This document shows positions 9,270 to 19,419 of a DNA stretch of 64,000 bases, piece after piece. Where the stretch lies: positions 32,001-96,000 of IMG/VR virus record IMGVR_UViG_3300032224_001676; one strand, 5' to 3'. Within the stretch, counting starts at the first letter, position 1; every line of letters starts with the position of its first letter. The notes under the pieces were generated by a model. It was not told where the DNA came from, searched no databases, and worked only from the letters and a program-made list of their open reading frames with translations. The DNA is from a virus. A program made the position numbers and the translations under genes.

Positions 9270-9897
9270 AGCTCCATTTATAACCGTTTGTTTGTGAAAA
9301 TATTCCTCTACATACTTTAGATATGGTGGATGAATTACTATTTGTTTTAGCAGCTGCTTCTAATGTGTTAGGATATTTTGCTATAAAATTTCCTTGCAAA
9401 TCATATTGTATTACAATTTTTGCTTTTTTAGATGGTTTTCCTTTATTTGCTTGACTTATCTTTTTACCAAACCCCTTAGGTTTAGGGACACCTAATCTAA
9501 CTTCTCTCATCATATCTCCAAATCCTTTAGGTTTAGGTCTTCCTTTAAGAGCATCACTTTTTCGTTTTCTTGTTTCTTTTGATTGTTTTTTACCTAACAT
9601 TGGTTTTTTATCTTTTCTCCAGTTCTTATATTTTGCTATAGATTCTTTAGTATGAAATGATGGACCTCCTCCCCCGGTATTGCAATTTTCTAAATTAAAT
9701 CCCCAACTTTTAAATAAATGAATATACATTGTTTCAATTGTTTTTTTATCTTCTTCTAAACATTCATCTATTTTAATCATTTCAACTTCATTTCCTTTTT
9801 TACGTCTATGATCATTTAAACGATTTTTTAAATGTTTAGTATATCCGATATAAAACGGAACATCATCTCCTCTATGTAAATAATATATTTTAATCAT
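9259..9897 (-). mobile_element. Free-standing GIY-YIG homing endonuclease with NUMOD3/NUMOD1-like DNA-binding modules
   Basis: KIY-x9-FYIG-T..RLNDH, LENCNTGG, KKQSKETRKRKS, and C-terminal QYDLQGNFI..ISKVCRG..GYKWSY. Confidence 0.88.
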
Positions 9898-9918
9898 AAT
9901 ATCTATTTATTATAAATA

Positions 9919-11676
9919 TTACGAGTGTGGGGCAAGGTTAAACTTTTTTATTAATTCTTCTTTATTCATTTGTAAATATTTATTATTAATTTGATCATTT
10001 ACAAACTCAATTGTCTTTTTGGTTAAAGATTGACCACTGTTAGTAATAGCAGCGCTACAAATTAAATGCCCGTCTGTGTATCTCCATCCGTTTTTAGCAA
10101 ATGTACCATACATAGCGTTTTGTAAGATCTTAAAGGCGTGTTGGAACAAATCATATAATTTATAGTTGACCCAGTCTTCAGATTTACCAGCTGTTTTCTT
10201 TAAACCTCTATAATGTTCTCGTTTTCCAAACCAACCTTCTAAAATCTTAGCAACTACACTTTGTTCATCAGTTCTAAACATAGCACCTGAAGCTGATAAT
10301 GTAAAGTCATTTTCTTCAATCATTTGAATCAATTTATTAATTGATATTTGAGCTGATTGGAGTGTGTAGTTCTTTTTATTTAGTTTTTCAACTGTTACTA
10401 TTTCATTAGGGTCTCGTTCTTTAAGTTTTTCTAAACTATGATTTTGTTCATAAGTAGGATTATGAGTAACAATTCTACCTACTAATGTTTCAATTCCTAA
10501 ATTAAGTGATTTAATAATGGAAGGATATAGTGATGTGAAGTCTAAATCAATTACATCAAAATACAGTCCTGGTATTGGTTCTAATAAATAACCACCAGCG
10601 TAAGTTGAATTAACTGCTTTTCGTGATGGGTTATGAGTTGTTGGTTTATTAGGTGAAATAATACCTTCACGTTTAAGATGCTTTAATATAGCACCTTCAT
10701 TCATTACAGTATTATAATAAATTGATTCATAAGGTATATTACAAATATGAGATATCATAATTGTTAATTCAATAAACTTAAGTTTTTCTTCTAGTTTTTC
10801 TAGAATCTCAACGTCTCGTAAGTTGTAATCAATAAATTTATTTAAATCATCTCTAAATAATGTATTTAAATTACCTTCATATTCAATTTTACCTAAACCA
10901 ACATACTTAGTTCCAATGTCTCCTAATTTATATGATGGTTCTTCTTTCATAATGTACTTTTTATGAAGTAACATATAATCTAGATGATTAACCCCACCTA
11001 TTTTAATTTGATTTTCACCATTAAAATCACGTGCCTCAACTTTACCTATTGGAGATAAACGTTCTACCTCGTCTATACCAACAATTTGTAACATTCTGTA
11101 GTATAAGTATGGTAAGTCAAAGTAAGCTGAGTTATAACCAACTAATATAGTAGGATCTAATTCTTCGTATTTAGATAAAAATTTACCTATTAATTCTCGT
11201 TCTGAACCACAAGGTATAATAATTTTATCATCTTGGTTTGTTTTTGGGATTTGCTTTGATTTATCAACTATAAAACATATTTTTTGTTTAGTTGTTATAT
11301 CTATTAAAGCAATAGAAGTAAGGGGCATAGGAGCAGATTTAACATACTCAGGTGTTAATGCACCTCCCATCTCAATTTCAATATCTATATAAACAATATT
11401 ATGCCAAGATGGTACTACATCTTCTTCTTTGTAATATAACTCTCGTAAAGCATATAATGATTTATCAATATCTTTTTCTAATAAATCACGATCATCTTTA
11501 TTGAATTTTTTAGTTGGTATAGCCCACCCACCAGTTAGAACAGGGCGAGCATTTTCTTGCCATTCAGGAACACGTTTCCAAAATGTAGGTTGGAGTTGAA
11601 AATCCATCCAACCTTGTTTATCATCTCGTAAATGATAAGTATAATTTTTATGGTCGTAGTAAATAGCTTGATACAT
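9919..11676 (-). CDS. polB: DNA polymerase B, N-terminal part (3'-5' exonuclease, motifs A and B)
   Basis: DIE, GYNSAYFDLPY, YNLRDV, DFTSLYPS, KILQNAMYG; stops before motif C. Confidence 0.95.
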   Translation of the reverse strand: MYQAIYYDHKNYTYHLRDDKQGWMDFQLQPTFWKRVPEWQENARPVLTGGWAIPTKKFNKDDRDLLEKDIDKSLYALRELYYKEEDVVPSWHNIVYIDIEIEMGGALTPEYVKSAPMPLTSIALIDITTKQKICFIVDKSKQIPKTNQDDKIIIPCGSERELIGKFLSKYEELDPTILVGYNSAYFDLPYLYYRMLQIVGIDEVERLSPIGKVEARDFNGENQIKIGGVNHLDYMLLHKKYIMKEEPSYKLGDIGTKYVGLGKIEYEGNLNTLFRDDLNKFIDYNLRDVEILEKLEEKLKFIELTIMISHICNIPYESIYYNTVMNEGAILKHLKREGIISPNKPTTHNPSRKAVNSTYAGGYLLEPIPGLYFDVIDLDFTSLYPSIIKSLNLGIETLVGRIVTHNPTYEQNHSLEKLKERDPNEIVTVEKLNKKNYTLQSAQISINKLIQMIEENDFTLSASGAMFRTDEQSVVAKILEGWFGKREHYRGLKKTAGKSEDWVNYKLYDLFQHAFKILQNAMYGTFAKNGWRYTDGHLICSAAITNSGQSLTKKTIEFVNDQINNKYLQMNKEELIKKFNLAPHS

Positions 11677-11690
11677 ATGCTGTAAAGATA

Positions 11691-11717
11691 ATAAAAAAGG
11701 CTTGGTTTCCCAAGCCT
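11691..11717 (-). terminator. Intrinsic terminator overlapping the polB promoter
   Basis: AGGCTTGG-GAAA-CCAAGCCT followed by a T-run; CTTG-N20-TATCTTTA spans 11683-11714. Confidence 0.8.
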
Positions 11718-11742
11718 AATTTAAAAACATATCACTTATATA

Positions 11743-13647
11743 TTAAGCAAATGAAGATGATTTCCAAGTTGAACCATTCCAAGCGTATAATCTAACTGTT
11801 CCTGCGTTGTTATAAAATACTAATTCTCCATCTGTTCCAGTCCATGTAGGAGCGGCTCCGTATTTTTTTAATATTATTGAACCAGACATAGTAACTTTAA
11901 ATCCATCGTCTCTTGCTCCTCCCGCTCCAGATCCTATACCTACAATAAATGGATTAGTGATATCACTATGATTATTATATTGTCCTACTACAGTCTGATA
12001 TGATCCTGATGCTATTGTATTGTTTCCAGCTACAAATGAGTAGCTTCCTGAAGCATCTGTGCCGAGTCCTATAGCTAAAGAATAATCGCCTTCGGCTTGT
12101 GTGGCGCTTCCCATAGTATGAGAATAGTTACCTATTGAGGTTGTTAATTTACCTTCAGCATGAGAACCATAACCTATAGCTTTAGATCCTGATCCTTCAG
12201 CATGTGAATTAACTCCTACAGATGTTGTGTTTATTCCTTCAGTATGAGAATAATTACCTACTGCTGTTGTTTTTTGTCCCTCAGCGTGTGATGCTATTCC
12301 TATTGTAACTGAGCCTGACCCTTCAGTGTGTGATGCTAGACCTGATGCTGTTGTTCCAAATCCTTCAGTATGAGAATAATCATTTGCAGCTATTGATAAA
12401 TAACCTTCAGAGTGTGATCTATTTCCTTTAGATGTAGTGTAATAACCTTCAGCATGAGAGCTAGCACCAATAGAAGTTGAGTATTCTCCTTCAGCATGAG
12501 ATTCTTGACCAACAGCTACTGTGAATGCGCCTTCAGAATGTGAAGCATCTCCTACAGTTGTAGTTATGTATCCTTCAGCATGTGAACCAAAGTTACCTAA
12601 TGCTTTTGAACTATAGCCCTCAGCATGTGAATATGTACCTACAGAAGTTGAGGAATTTCCTTCAGCATGAGATGCTACTCCTACAGTAACTGTTGAGTAT
12701 CCTTCGGCGTGTGATGAAGAACCTGAAGCGATTGTTAAATTACCTTCGGCGTGTGAATAAGAACCTGAGGTAATAGTTGTATTTCCTTCAGCATGTGATG
12801 CAACTCCAGTAGTTGTAGTTATGTATCCTTCAGTATGTGAGGCCAATCCAATTGATGTAGTTTGAGTTCCTTCAGCGTGTGAGTAAAGTCCTTTTGTAAC
12901 AGTGTAAAAACCTTCAGCATGTGATGCTTCTGCCCCAAGTGATGTTATAGAACCTGATCCTTCGGCGTGTGATGATATTCCAACTGTTGTGGTTTTTTCT
13001 CCCTCAGCATGTGAATAATATAATATAGTTGTTGTTTGGTACCCCTCAGCATGAGTAGCAGTACTATTAGCTAAAGTACCATTTCCTTCAGCATGGCTCG
13101 CAAATGCTCCAAAATTAACTATAGTATTTAATCCTTCCGCATGAGAGTAATCACCAGCAGCATAAGAATTATATCCTTCAGCATGTGAAGATGTTCCATA
13201 AGAAACTGTTAAATATCCTTCAGCATGAGAATATCGCCCAGTAGCCGTGCTGCTTAATCCTTCAGTATGAGAACCTGTTCCAACAGCTGTAGTAGTGTAT
13301 CCTTCAGCGTGTGAGGCACTTCCTATGGTTATAGTTGATTTACCTTCGGTGTGTGAGTAAATACCTACAGTAGTAGTAAGATACCCTTCAGCATGAGATG
13401 ATGATCCTATAGTTGTAGAACAGTTACCTTCAGCGTGTGAGTAAAGACCTATTGCTAAATTACAACTTGCTCCATTTGTTAATGAACCAGTTATATATTG
13501 AGACCCACTAAAATGATTAGATCCTGTAATTGCAAATGATCCTGTAGCTGAGTTAGGGCAAAAACTAGATGTAATAAATGTAAAATTATTATCTAATTGT
13601 TGGTAGGTTAAAGCTGAACCTTGGGCTAATCTAAGTATTAAAGACAT
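11743..13647 (-). CDS. SHAEG-repeat fibre/adhesin (YadA-head-like beta-roll)
   Basis: About 30 SH[AT]EG repeats with ~14 aa period; N-terminal LRLAQGSALTYQQLDNNF segment. Confidence 0.75.
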   Translation of the reverse strand: MSLILRLAQGSALTYQQLDNNFTFITSSFCPNSATGSFAITGSNHFSGSQYITGSLTNGASCNLAIGLYSHAEGNCSTTIGSSSHAEGYLTTTVGIYSHTEGKSTITIGSASHAEGYTTTAVGTGSHTEGLSSTATGRYSHAEGYLTVSYGTSSHAEGYNSYAAGDYSHAEGLNTIVNFGAFASHAEGNGTLANSTATHAEGYQTTTILYYSHAEGEKTTTVGISSHAEGSGSITSLGAEASHAEGFYTVTKGLYSHAEGTQTTSIGLASHTEGYITTTTGVASHAEGNTTITSGSYSHAEGNLTIASGSSSHAEGYSTVTVGVASHAEGNSSTSVGTYSHAEGYSSKALGNFGSHAEGYITTTVGDASHSEGAFTVAVGQESHAEGEYSTSIGASSHAEGYYTTSKGNRSHSEGYLSIAANDYSHTEGFGTTASGLASHTEGSGSVTIGIASHAEGQKTTAVGNYSHTEGINTTSVGVNSHAEGSGSKAIGYGSHAEGKLTTSIGNYSHTMGSATQAEGDYSLAIGLGTDASGSYSFVAGNNTIASGSYQTVVGQYNNHSDITNPFIVGIGSGAGGARDDGFKVTMSGSIILKKYGAAPTWTGTDGELVFYNNAGTVRLYAWNGSTWKSSSFA

Positions 13648-13670
13648 ATATGTGTTTTGTTATAAATATT

Positions 13671-13697
13671 AAAAGGGCTAGAATAATCCAGCCCTTT
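13671..13697 (-). terminator. Intrinsic terminator
   Basis: AAAGGGCTGGA-TTAT-TCTAGCCCTTTT hairpin after ORF 13720-13917. Confidence 0.65.
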
Positions 13698-13719
13698 AAT
13701 TTAACGTATGTTAGTTTGA

Positions 13720-13917
13720 TTAAGGTTGTTCCATTGTCACATACCCACTAGCTACATAATAGTTTTTAACGTATTTAGTTAATCCAGGAGTAGATGGATA
13801 TTTGTTACTTGTTCCACTTCCTCCTATTTTAGGTACTTGATAGTAAGTAGGATTGTTCTTAACAAACCTTGGAGGAGTAATGTTAATAGGTGGTTGTTTG
13901 GTTGTTGCCTTAATCAT
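13720..13917 (-). CDS. Small hypothetical protein (probably virion-associated)
   Basis: 65 aa, ends YVKNYYVASGYV; inside the fibre island. Confidence 0.5.
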   Translation of the reverse strand: MIKATTKQPPINITPPRFVKNNPTYYQVPKIGGSGTSNKYPSTPGLTKYVKNYYVASGYVTMEQP

Positions 13918-13922
13918 AATTT

Positions 13923-14285
13923 TTAATATGTTATATTAACACTAATTTGAAGATCATTACCTGACAACATACCATCAGCTGGAGTGTATGTACTATTATT
14001 TGGTAAATATGTTTTTAAATATAATGATGATGAATCTGATCCTGAAAGGTACATACTGATACTTGAAGTAGAACCTACAATTAAAGCTGGAATTAAAGTC
14101 CCATCAACACTACCTGAAAATGGAACAAAATAATTTCCACTTCCTCTAGTGAATTTATAAGATCCTACACCTAATCTAGCCCATGAGCCTGATGTTAACG
14201 CACTACCTTTACTTCCATCAGTAGCCGCAGGTGCTGTGGTACCAGTTTGAGAAATAGAAGCGCTATATAATAATATGGTTGCCAT
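13923..14285 (-). CDS. Hypothetical virion protein
   Basis: 120 aa S/T/G-rich, WARLGVGSY beta motif. Confidence 0.55.
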   Translation of the reverse strand: MATILLYSASISQTGTTAPAATDGSKGSALTSGSWARLGVGSYKFTRGSGNYFVPFSGSVDGTLIPALIVGSTSSISMYLSGSDSSSLYLKTYLPNNSTYTPADGMLSGNDLQISVNITY

Positions 14286-14305
14286 AATGCTTTGTTATTT
14301 TATTT

Positions 14306-15688
14306 TTATTGTGTTACGTTTAATATCATTTGAAATTTAACTCCGGTGATGTTAGCAGGTACTACTAATACTGGTGAGAATAAATGGTACCAATATATGT
14401 CAACATCATAGTTGTTACCTAAACTCCATTGATAAGCTGATACAGTTGTTATATAATTTTTACCTATCTTTTTAGCAAAAGCTGAATTAGGGAAGTTTGA
14501 GTTTGGGTACCATACAATAGTTTGTGTACCTGCTCCTCCTACTGTAGATGAAACAAGTGGGTTTCCACTTACTGGGACGAATGTACCTGCTGATGGAGAT
14601 GCGGCTGGGCTGTATATAACACTAGCTCCTGAAAATGCTCCGTCCATTGTAGCAGAATTTAAATTTAAAGCTGCGAAATTGTTAAGAGCAGTTTGATATG
14701 CTGCTGATGAGCCACCGTCCGCTACTGTTGAAGTTCCAGTAAAGTAAGCCATTATGTATCTTGAATCTAGTAAACCTAAATTAACAGATACTGAACTAGT
14801 TAAATTAGTTCTTATAAAGATATTATTAACGTTGTTCCAATTGACTGGAGGTAATATATAAGAATTTACAGCAGTTGGATTAGATGGGTATACTTGAGCT
14901 CCAAAGGTATTAGGACCAGGTGTAGTACTTATTAAACCATAAGAAAAAGTTGTTGAACCTGATACTTTAGTTGCTTGGTTTACAAACGCTAACTTATTAT
15001 ATGTAGTTGAAGAATTATAAGTTATTATACCACTATTATATATAGTATTTCCATTTGGGATACTAGCAGCTGACCATCCTCCAGGTAGTGGATTATCATA
15101 ACAATCAAATGAATATGATCTACCATCTGGTGGGACTGTAAAGTAACCATCTACTACTCCATTAATATCACCACTTGCTGTGCTAGGGAATACAAACAAA
15201 CTTGACCCATCATTATTAATAATAGTTACAGTTTTACCTTTTTGTGGGGTTTGTGGTAAACGACAGCAATAAGATCCAGTTCCTAATGACCCTGTACCTA
15301 CAACGTTGATACCATATTCTAAGTATGTGGTTGTATTAGTTGAAATGTTATCAAATATACTTCCAAATGATCCAGTACCGGTTGGGATTAATACATTTAT
15401 AGGTCGAACTACTCCTGTCCCGACATTTGGGAATCTTAAATCTCCACTAGAAGTTATACTTCCTGTAACGATTTGGTTACCAATAAAGATATTAGATCCT
15501 GTTGTAGCATATGATCCTGAGAATGTGTTAGTGATTACTGGTGAACCATTTGAAGTAATTGGTCCTGTAGTAGTAACACTACCTGAAATGATTTGGTTAC
15601 CATTAAGTGTTATAGATCCTGTCACATTAAGTGATCCTGTCGCACTAATAGATCCTGTGGTTACTAATGAACCTGAAATTGTTGGCAT
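14306..15688 (-). CDS. Tail fibre/spike-like protein with TGS repeats
   Basis: N-terminal (V/I)TGS repeats, ATTGSN.F.GNQ.VTGS, S/T/G/N-rich. Confidence 0.6.
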   Translation of the reverse strand: MPTISGSLVTTGSISATGSLNVTGSITLNGNQIISGSVTTTGPITSNGSPVITNTFSGSYATTGSNIFIGNQIVTGSITSSGDLRFPNVGTGVVRPINVLIPTGTGSFGSIFDNISTNTTTYLEYGINVVGTGSLGTGSYCCRLPQTPQKGKTVTIINNDGSSLFVFPSTASGDINGVVDGYFTVPPDGRSYSFDCYDNPLPGGWSAASIPNGNTIYNSGIITYNSSTTYNKLAFVNQATKVSGSTTFSYGLISTTPGPNTFGAQVYPSNPTAVNSYILPPVNWNNVNNIFIRTNLTSSVSVNLGLLDSRYIMAYFTGTSTVADGGSSAAYQTALNNFAALNLNSATMDGAFSGASVIYSPAASPSAGTFVPVSGNPLVSSTVGGAGTQTIVWYPNSNFPNSAFAKKIGKNYITTVSAYQWSLGNNYDVDIYWYHLFSPVLVVPANITGVKFQMILNVTQ

Positions 15689-15706
15689 GTGTGTGTATTT
15701 TATTTA

Positions 15707-18154
15707 TTAAACTAATCTAATTTGTATAAAACTTCCGTTTCTGTATAATCCACCTATTGGGATACCTGCTGCTGCTGCGGAGGCGTCATTAGCATAACTA
15801 GCTAATACTAATCCTGGTAGTATTATTGTTCCGTTTCCTGTTGATATAGATCCTGAGATTGCTAATGACCCTGTTACTTGTACTTGTGAACCAGAAGCGT
15901 ATAATAAATTACTTCTACTAATATCACTAGTACCATTACCTACAATAAATGAAAAATCATTAGAATTTTCTAAGTTATAAGCACCTTGAACATGTGACCA
16001 AGCGCCTCCTGCTATAGTATAATATCCTTCAGTATGTGATCTACCTCCTTTTGCTGTTGTGTAGTAACCTTCAGCATGAGAACCTACACCAACACTAATT
16101 GTACTTTCGCCTTCAGCGTGTGAGTTTTGGCCTACTGCAGTTGTGAGTACTCCTTCAACGTGGGTTAAATCTCCTATGGCTTTTGAACCATATCCTTCAG
16201 CATGTGAATAATTACCTATTGAAACTGTAGTGTTACCTTCAGCGTGTGAAGCTAATCCTTGTGTAGTAGTAGTATATCCTTCAGCGTGAGAATAATATCC
16301 ATTTGTTGTTGTATGATCACCTTCAGCATGCGATCCATCAAAATTAGCTATAGTGTAAGCACCTTCAGCGTGTGCATTTGTTCCTATTGCTGTTGTAAGT
16401 GTTCCTTCAGTATGAGTATAATAACCTAAAGCTTTAGTAGAGTTTCCTTCAGCATGTGAGTTTATACCTACCGCTGTTGATACAAAACCTTCAGTGTGTG
16501 ATCCATCTCCTATTGCGGTTGTTTGAGTACCTTCAGCATGAGAAAAAATACCTATTGAAACAGATCCTGAACCTTCAGCGTGTGAGAAAGCACCTGCTGA
16601 TACTGTGAGTAATCCTTCGGCGTGTCCGTAACCTCCTTTAGCTGTAGTGGATATACCTTCAGTGTGGTCTCCAGGTCCGTTTGCTTTAGTTTGAAAACCT
16701 TCAGCATGTGATTGAGAACCTGATGCTATTGTTTGGTATCCTTCAGCGTGTGAGTATGAGCTTGACGCTATTGTTTGGTATCCTTCCGCGTGAGAATAAG
16801 CGCCTGATGCTAATGTTTGGAGTCCTTCAGAGTGGGAATATATACCTACTGAGGTAGTGTTATTACCTTCAGCGTGAGATAAATCTCCTTTTGCTGTTGA
16901 TTGACCTCCTTCAGCATGAGACCAATCACCTATCGCTTTATTAGAACCTCCTTCAGCATGAGACCAATTACCCACTGCTGAAGTAGAAGCACCTTCAGCA
17001 TGTGAGAAGTTACCTATTGTTGTTATATTCTCTCCTTGAGCTAAACTACCTGTAAGTTGCATTGATCCAGTTGCTTTAATAACATTTTGAATACCTAATG
17101 ATACAGCTATATTTCCATTTGGGTAGTAATATTTACGATTATCCCAATCAATAGCACTTGTTCCATTTATGTCATTTAAGAATCTAGCATCCCAATCTAC
17201 GCTTGTACGCCCAGATGCATCAATTAAATAATTACCTCCCCAATCTACTACCACTGTGTGGCCATCTGTAGCGTATAAGTATCTATTATTAGGATCTACA
17301 GATATAGCATTATTATCTGTATCGTATAAACCATACCCAGATTTAAATTTTAATGATCCAGAAATGGTAGTATTACCTTTTAAATTTACTGTTACTCCGG
17401 ATCCTGAGATTATAAATGATCCTGTAACTGCTCCGTTTCCATATTGGCGTATATAACGAGCATCACCAGTTGCTGTGTCGAATGGGGCTACTGTTAACCA
17501 TTGTCCTACTGAACCTGATTTATATATGTAAGCGTCACCATTATTAGCTGGGTTAGCATCTCCTGATACTACCCATAATAATCCATTAGTTAATGAGCTT
17601 GTAACAGCTCCTGATGAAGATACTGCTAATGAAGCGGATGTACCTGTAAGTACTGCTGTTAATGATACAGATACGTTACCAGCTGTTGGAAAAATTCCAT
17701 TAACTGATGTCACAAATTGTGACGTGTTAGCAGATGTTAATATATTTTGGCCGTTTATAGTACCAGCATTACCAATAGCTATGTTATTAGTAATTGTAGC
17801 GTTATTAGCTACAAGATTTGATAAGTCTATATAAGATGCTGTTAAAGCGTTTATCGCTAAATCTACATAAGATGCGGTTAACGCGTATGAGGCAGTAGAA
17901 GATAGAACTGCTAAATCTACATAAGACGCGGTTAAAGCATAAGATGCTGTAGAAGATAAATTAGCTAAATCTACATAAGACGCTGTTATTGCATTTGTAG
18001 CGGTACCATTTAATGATCCTGTGATTGAAGCATTAGCTAAAAAATCATTAAAGGAGGCTGTACTTAAGAAACTAGATGTAATATATGTGAAATTACCATC
18101 TAATTCAGCATATGTTAATTCATATCCTTTTTCTAAACGGAGAGTAAGTGCCAT
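15707..18154 (-). CDS. SHAEG-repeat fibre/adhesin
   Basis: LRLEKGYELTYAELDGNF N-terminus, TASY repeats, VDW repeats, then >20 SHAEG repeats. Confidence 0.75.
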   Translation of the reverse strand: MALTLRLEKGYELTYAELDGNFTYITSSFLSTASFNDFLANASITGSLNGTATNAITASYVDLANLSSTASYALTASYVDLAVLSSTASYALTASYVDLAINALTASYIDLSNLVANNATITNNIAIGNAGTINGQNILTSANTSQFVTSVNGIFPTAGNVSVSLTAVLTGTSASLAVSSSGAVTSSLTNGLLWVVSGDANPANNGDAYIYKSGSVGQWLTVAPFDTATGDARYIRQYGNGAVTGSFIISGSGVTVNLKGNTTISGSLKFKSGYGLYDTDNNAISVDPNNRYLYATDGHTVVVDWGGNYLIDASGRTSVDWDARFLNDINGTSAIDWDNRKYYYPNGNIAVSLGIQNVIKATGSMQLTGSLAQGENITTIGNFSHAEGASTSAVGNWSHAEGGSNKAIGDWSHAEGGQSTAKGDLSHAEGNNTTSVGIYSHSEGLQTLASGAYSHAEGYQTIASSSYSHAEGYQTIASGSQSHAEGFQTKANGPGDHTEGISTTAKGGYGHAEGLLTVSAGAFSHAEGSGSVSIGIFSHAEGTQTTAIGDGSHTEGFVSTAVGINSHAEGNSTKALGYYTHTEGTLTTAIGTNAHAEGAYTIANFDGSHAEGDHTTTNGYYSHAEGYTTTTQGLASHAEGNTTVSIGNYSHAEGYGSKAIGDLTHVEGVLTTAVGQNSHAEGESTISVGVGSHAEGYYTTAKGGRSHTEGYYTIAGGAWSHVQGAYNLENSNDFSFIVGNGTSDISRSNLLYASGSQVQVTGSLAISGSISTGNGTIILPGLVLASYANDASAAAAGIPIGGLYRNGSFIQIRLV

Positions 18155-18210
18155 GTGTGTTTATAAGAGATTAGTGTTTTCTTATAAATATGACATGACA
18201 CTAGAAAAAA

Positions 18211-18705
18211 CTATTTGTTTAAAAATTGTTTTAAATTTGGACGGAAATAATTTACTGATTTCATTACTTTACGATCTCGAGTACGATATACAATCCAATA
18301 ATCACCTACTTTTTCATAGTGACATGGTTCACCTTGTTCTGTTTCACGAACTCGAACTGTAAAATTAGCTTCTTCTTCTGTTTTACAAGCTTTAGACATA
18401 TTACTTGCCTGCACCTCTAAGTAAGCGGGTAGAATTTGGTCTTTTAAACCGTGCAACATAGCCCCGTTTCCTAAAGAAACGTAAGTAATGTCGCATAATG
18501 CGTCTAAGACCTCTACGATGTTTCCTGTTTCGCATGCGTGTTTATATTCTTCTAGTTCTTCTAATATAAAATTATAAACAAACATCCATTCATCTTTAGA
18601 TGGAATATTAGGTTCATAATTATTTGGTTTACCCATTGTAGCGTTAAATTCCTCTACTTCGCTAACAAATGGAACATAATTTTCTTTAGATTGAGACATG
18701 ACCAT
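18211..18705 (-). CDS. MazG-like (PRA-PH/DR2231-type) nucleoside triphosphate pyrophosphohydrolase
   Basis: EELEE..EVLDALCDITYV, EVQASNMSK, RDRKVMK. Confidence 0.85.
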   Translation of the reverse strand: MVMSQSKENYVPFVSEVEEFNATMGKPNNYEPNIPSKDEWMFVYNFILEELEEYKHACETGNIVEVLDALCDITYVSLGNGAMLHGLKDQILPAYLEVQASNMSKACKTEEEANFTVRVRETEQGEPCHYEKVGDYWIVYRTRDRKVMKSVNYFRPNLKQFLNK

Positions 18706-19381
18706 TATTTATTTTAAGTGAATCAAAAAATTCTTTACGTGCTAAATTATCGTTTTCCATAAATACACCTGATGCTTTAGTAGTAACCATTGCAGCACCT
18801 TGATGTTTAATACCTCTACAACTAACACAATTGTGAGTAGCAACTACAGTTACAATAACACCTAAGTTACCTTCACAAACTTTATTTACTGCTTGATGAA
18901 TTGCTGCTGTTAATTGTTCTTGAATAGCTCCTCTACGACCAAAGTGTTCTACAATACGATTTAATTTTGATAAACCGATTACTCTACCTTCAGCACCTGC
19001 AATGTAACCAATATGTACTACACCTCTAATTGTTTGGTGGTGATGTGAACACATTGAAGTTAATTGAATATTACGTTCAATAATTACTCCATCATAACCA
19101 TCTGATGGGAATGAAGTAATATCAGTAAATCCATTATAACGACCAGCCCATAAATCATTAACATATGCTTTAGCTACACGGCGAGGTGTATCGGCAGAGT
19201 TAGGATCGTTTTGCCAATCACACTTTAATGCTGTTAAGAAATTACCAAAATGTTCAGTAGCTTCTTCAATCATTTGCTGTTTTTCATCGTCTGTTAATGG
19301 ACGATCTAAGGCAGAACCATTTGCTAAACCTGTTTTCACACACTCAATATCGTTGTGAAATTTTCTTCTATTATTTTCCAT
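18686..19381 (-). CDS. folE: GTP cyclohydrolase I
   Basis: DTPRRVAK, SMCSHH, GLSKLNRIV, IQEQLT, HNCVSCRG; start MENNRR chosen because a promoter lies at 19388-19419. Confidence 0.96.
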   Translation of the reverse strand: MENNRRKFHNDIECVKTGLANGSALDRPLTDDEKQQMIEEATEHFGNFLTALKCDWQNDPNSADTPRRVAKAYVNDLWAGRYNGFTDITSFPSDGYDGVIIERNIQLTSMCSHHHQTIRGVVHIGYIAGAEGRVIGLSKLNRIVEHFGRRGAIQEQLTAAIHQAVNKVCEGNLGVIVTVVATHNCVSCRGIKHQGAAMVTTKASGVFMENDNLARKEFFDSLKINNGHVSI

Positions 19382-19387
19382 ATAATG

Positions 19388-19419
19388 TAAATATAACAAT
19401 TAATTTTAATTTCTCCAAA
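19388..19419 (-). promoter_or_regulatory. Bacteroidota-type -33/-7 promoter
   Basis: TTTG-N20-TATATTTA before folE. Confidence 0.7.

Noticed and set aside
9259-9918. Group I intron or split intein in polB
   Set aside because: Only 21 non-coding nt, no recognisable intron core, no intein terminal residues, and each half has its own start and stop.
9911-9918. TATAAATA on the + strand as canonical T4 late promoters
   Set aside because: They point away from the adjacent genes and no credible + strand genes follow; the minus-strand reading fits gene starts.
12100-13445. CCTTCAGCATGTGA recurring about every 42 bp (also near 16-17 kb, 49-50 kb and 60 kb), resembling a CRISPR array
   Set aside because: The repeats are short, vary at synonymous positions and encode SHAEG in long open frames.
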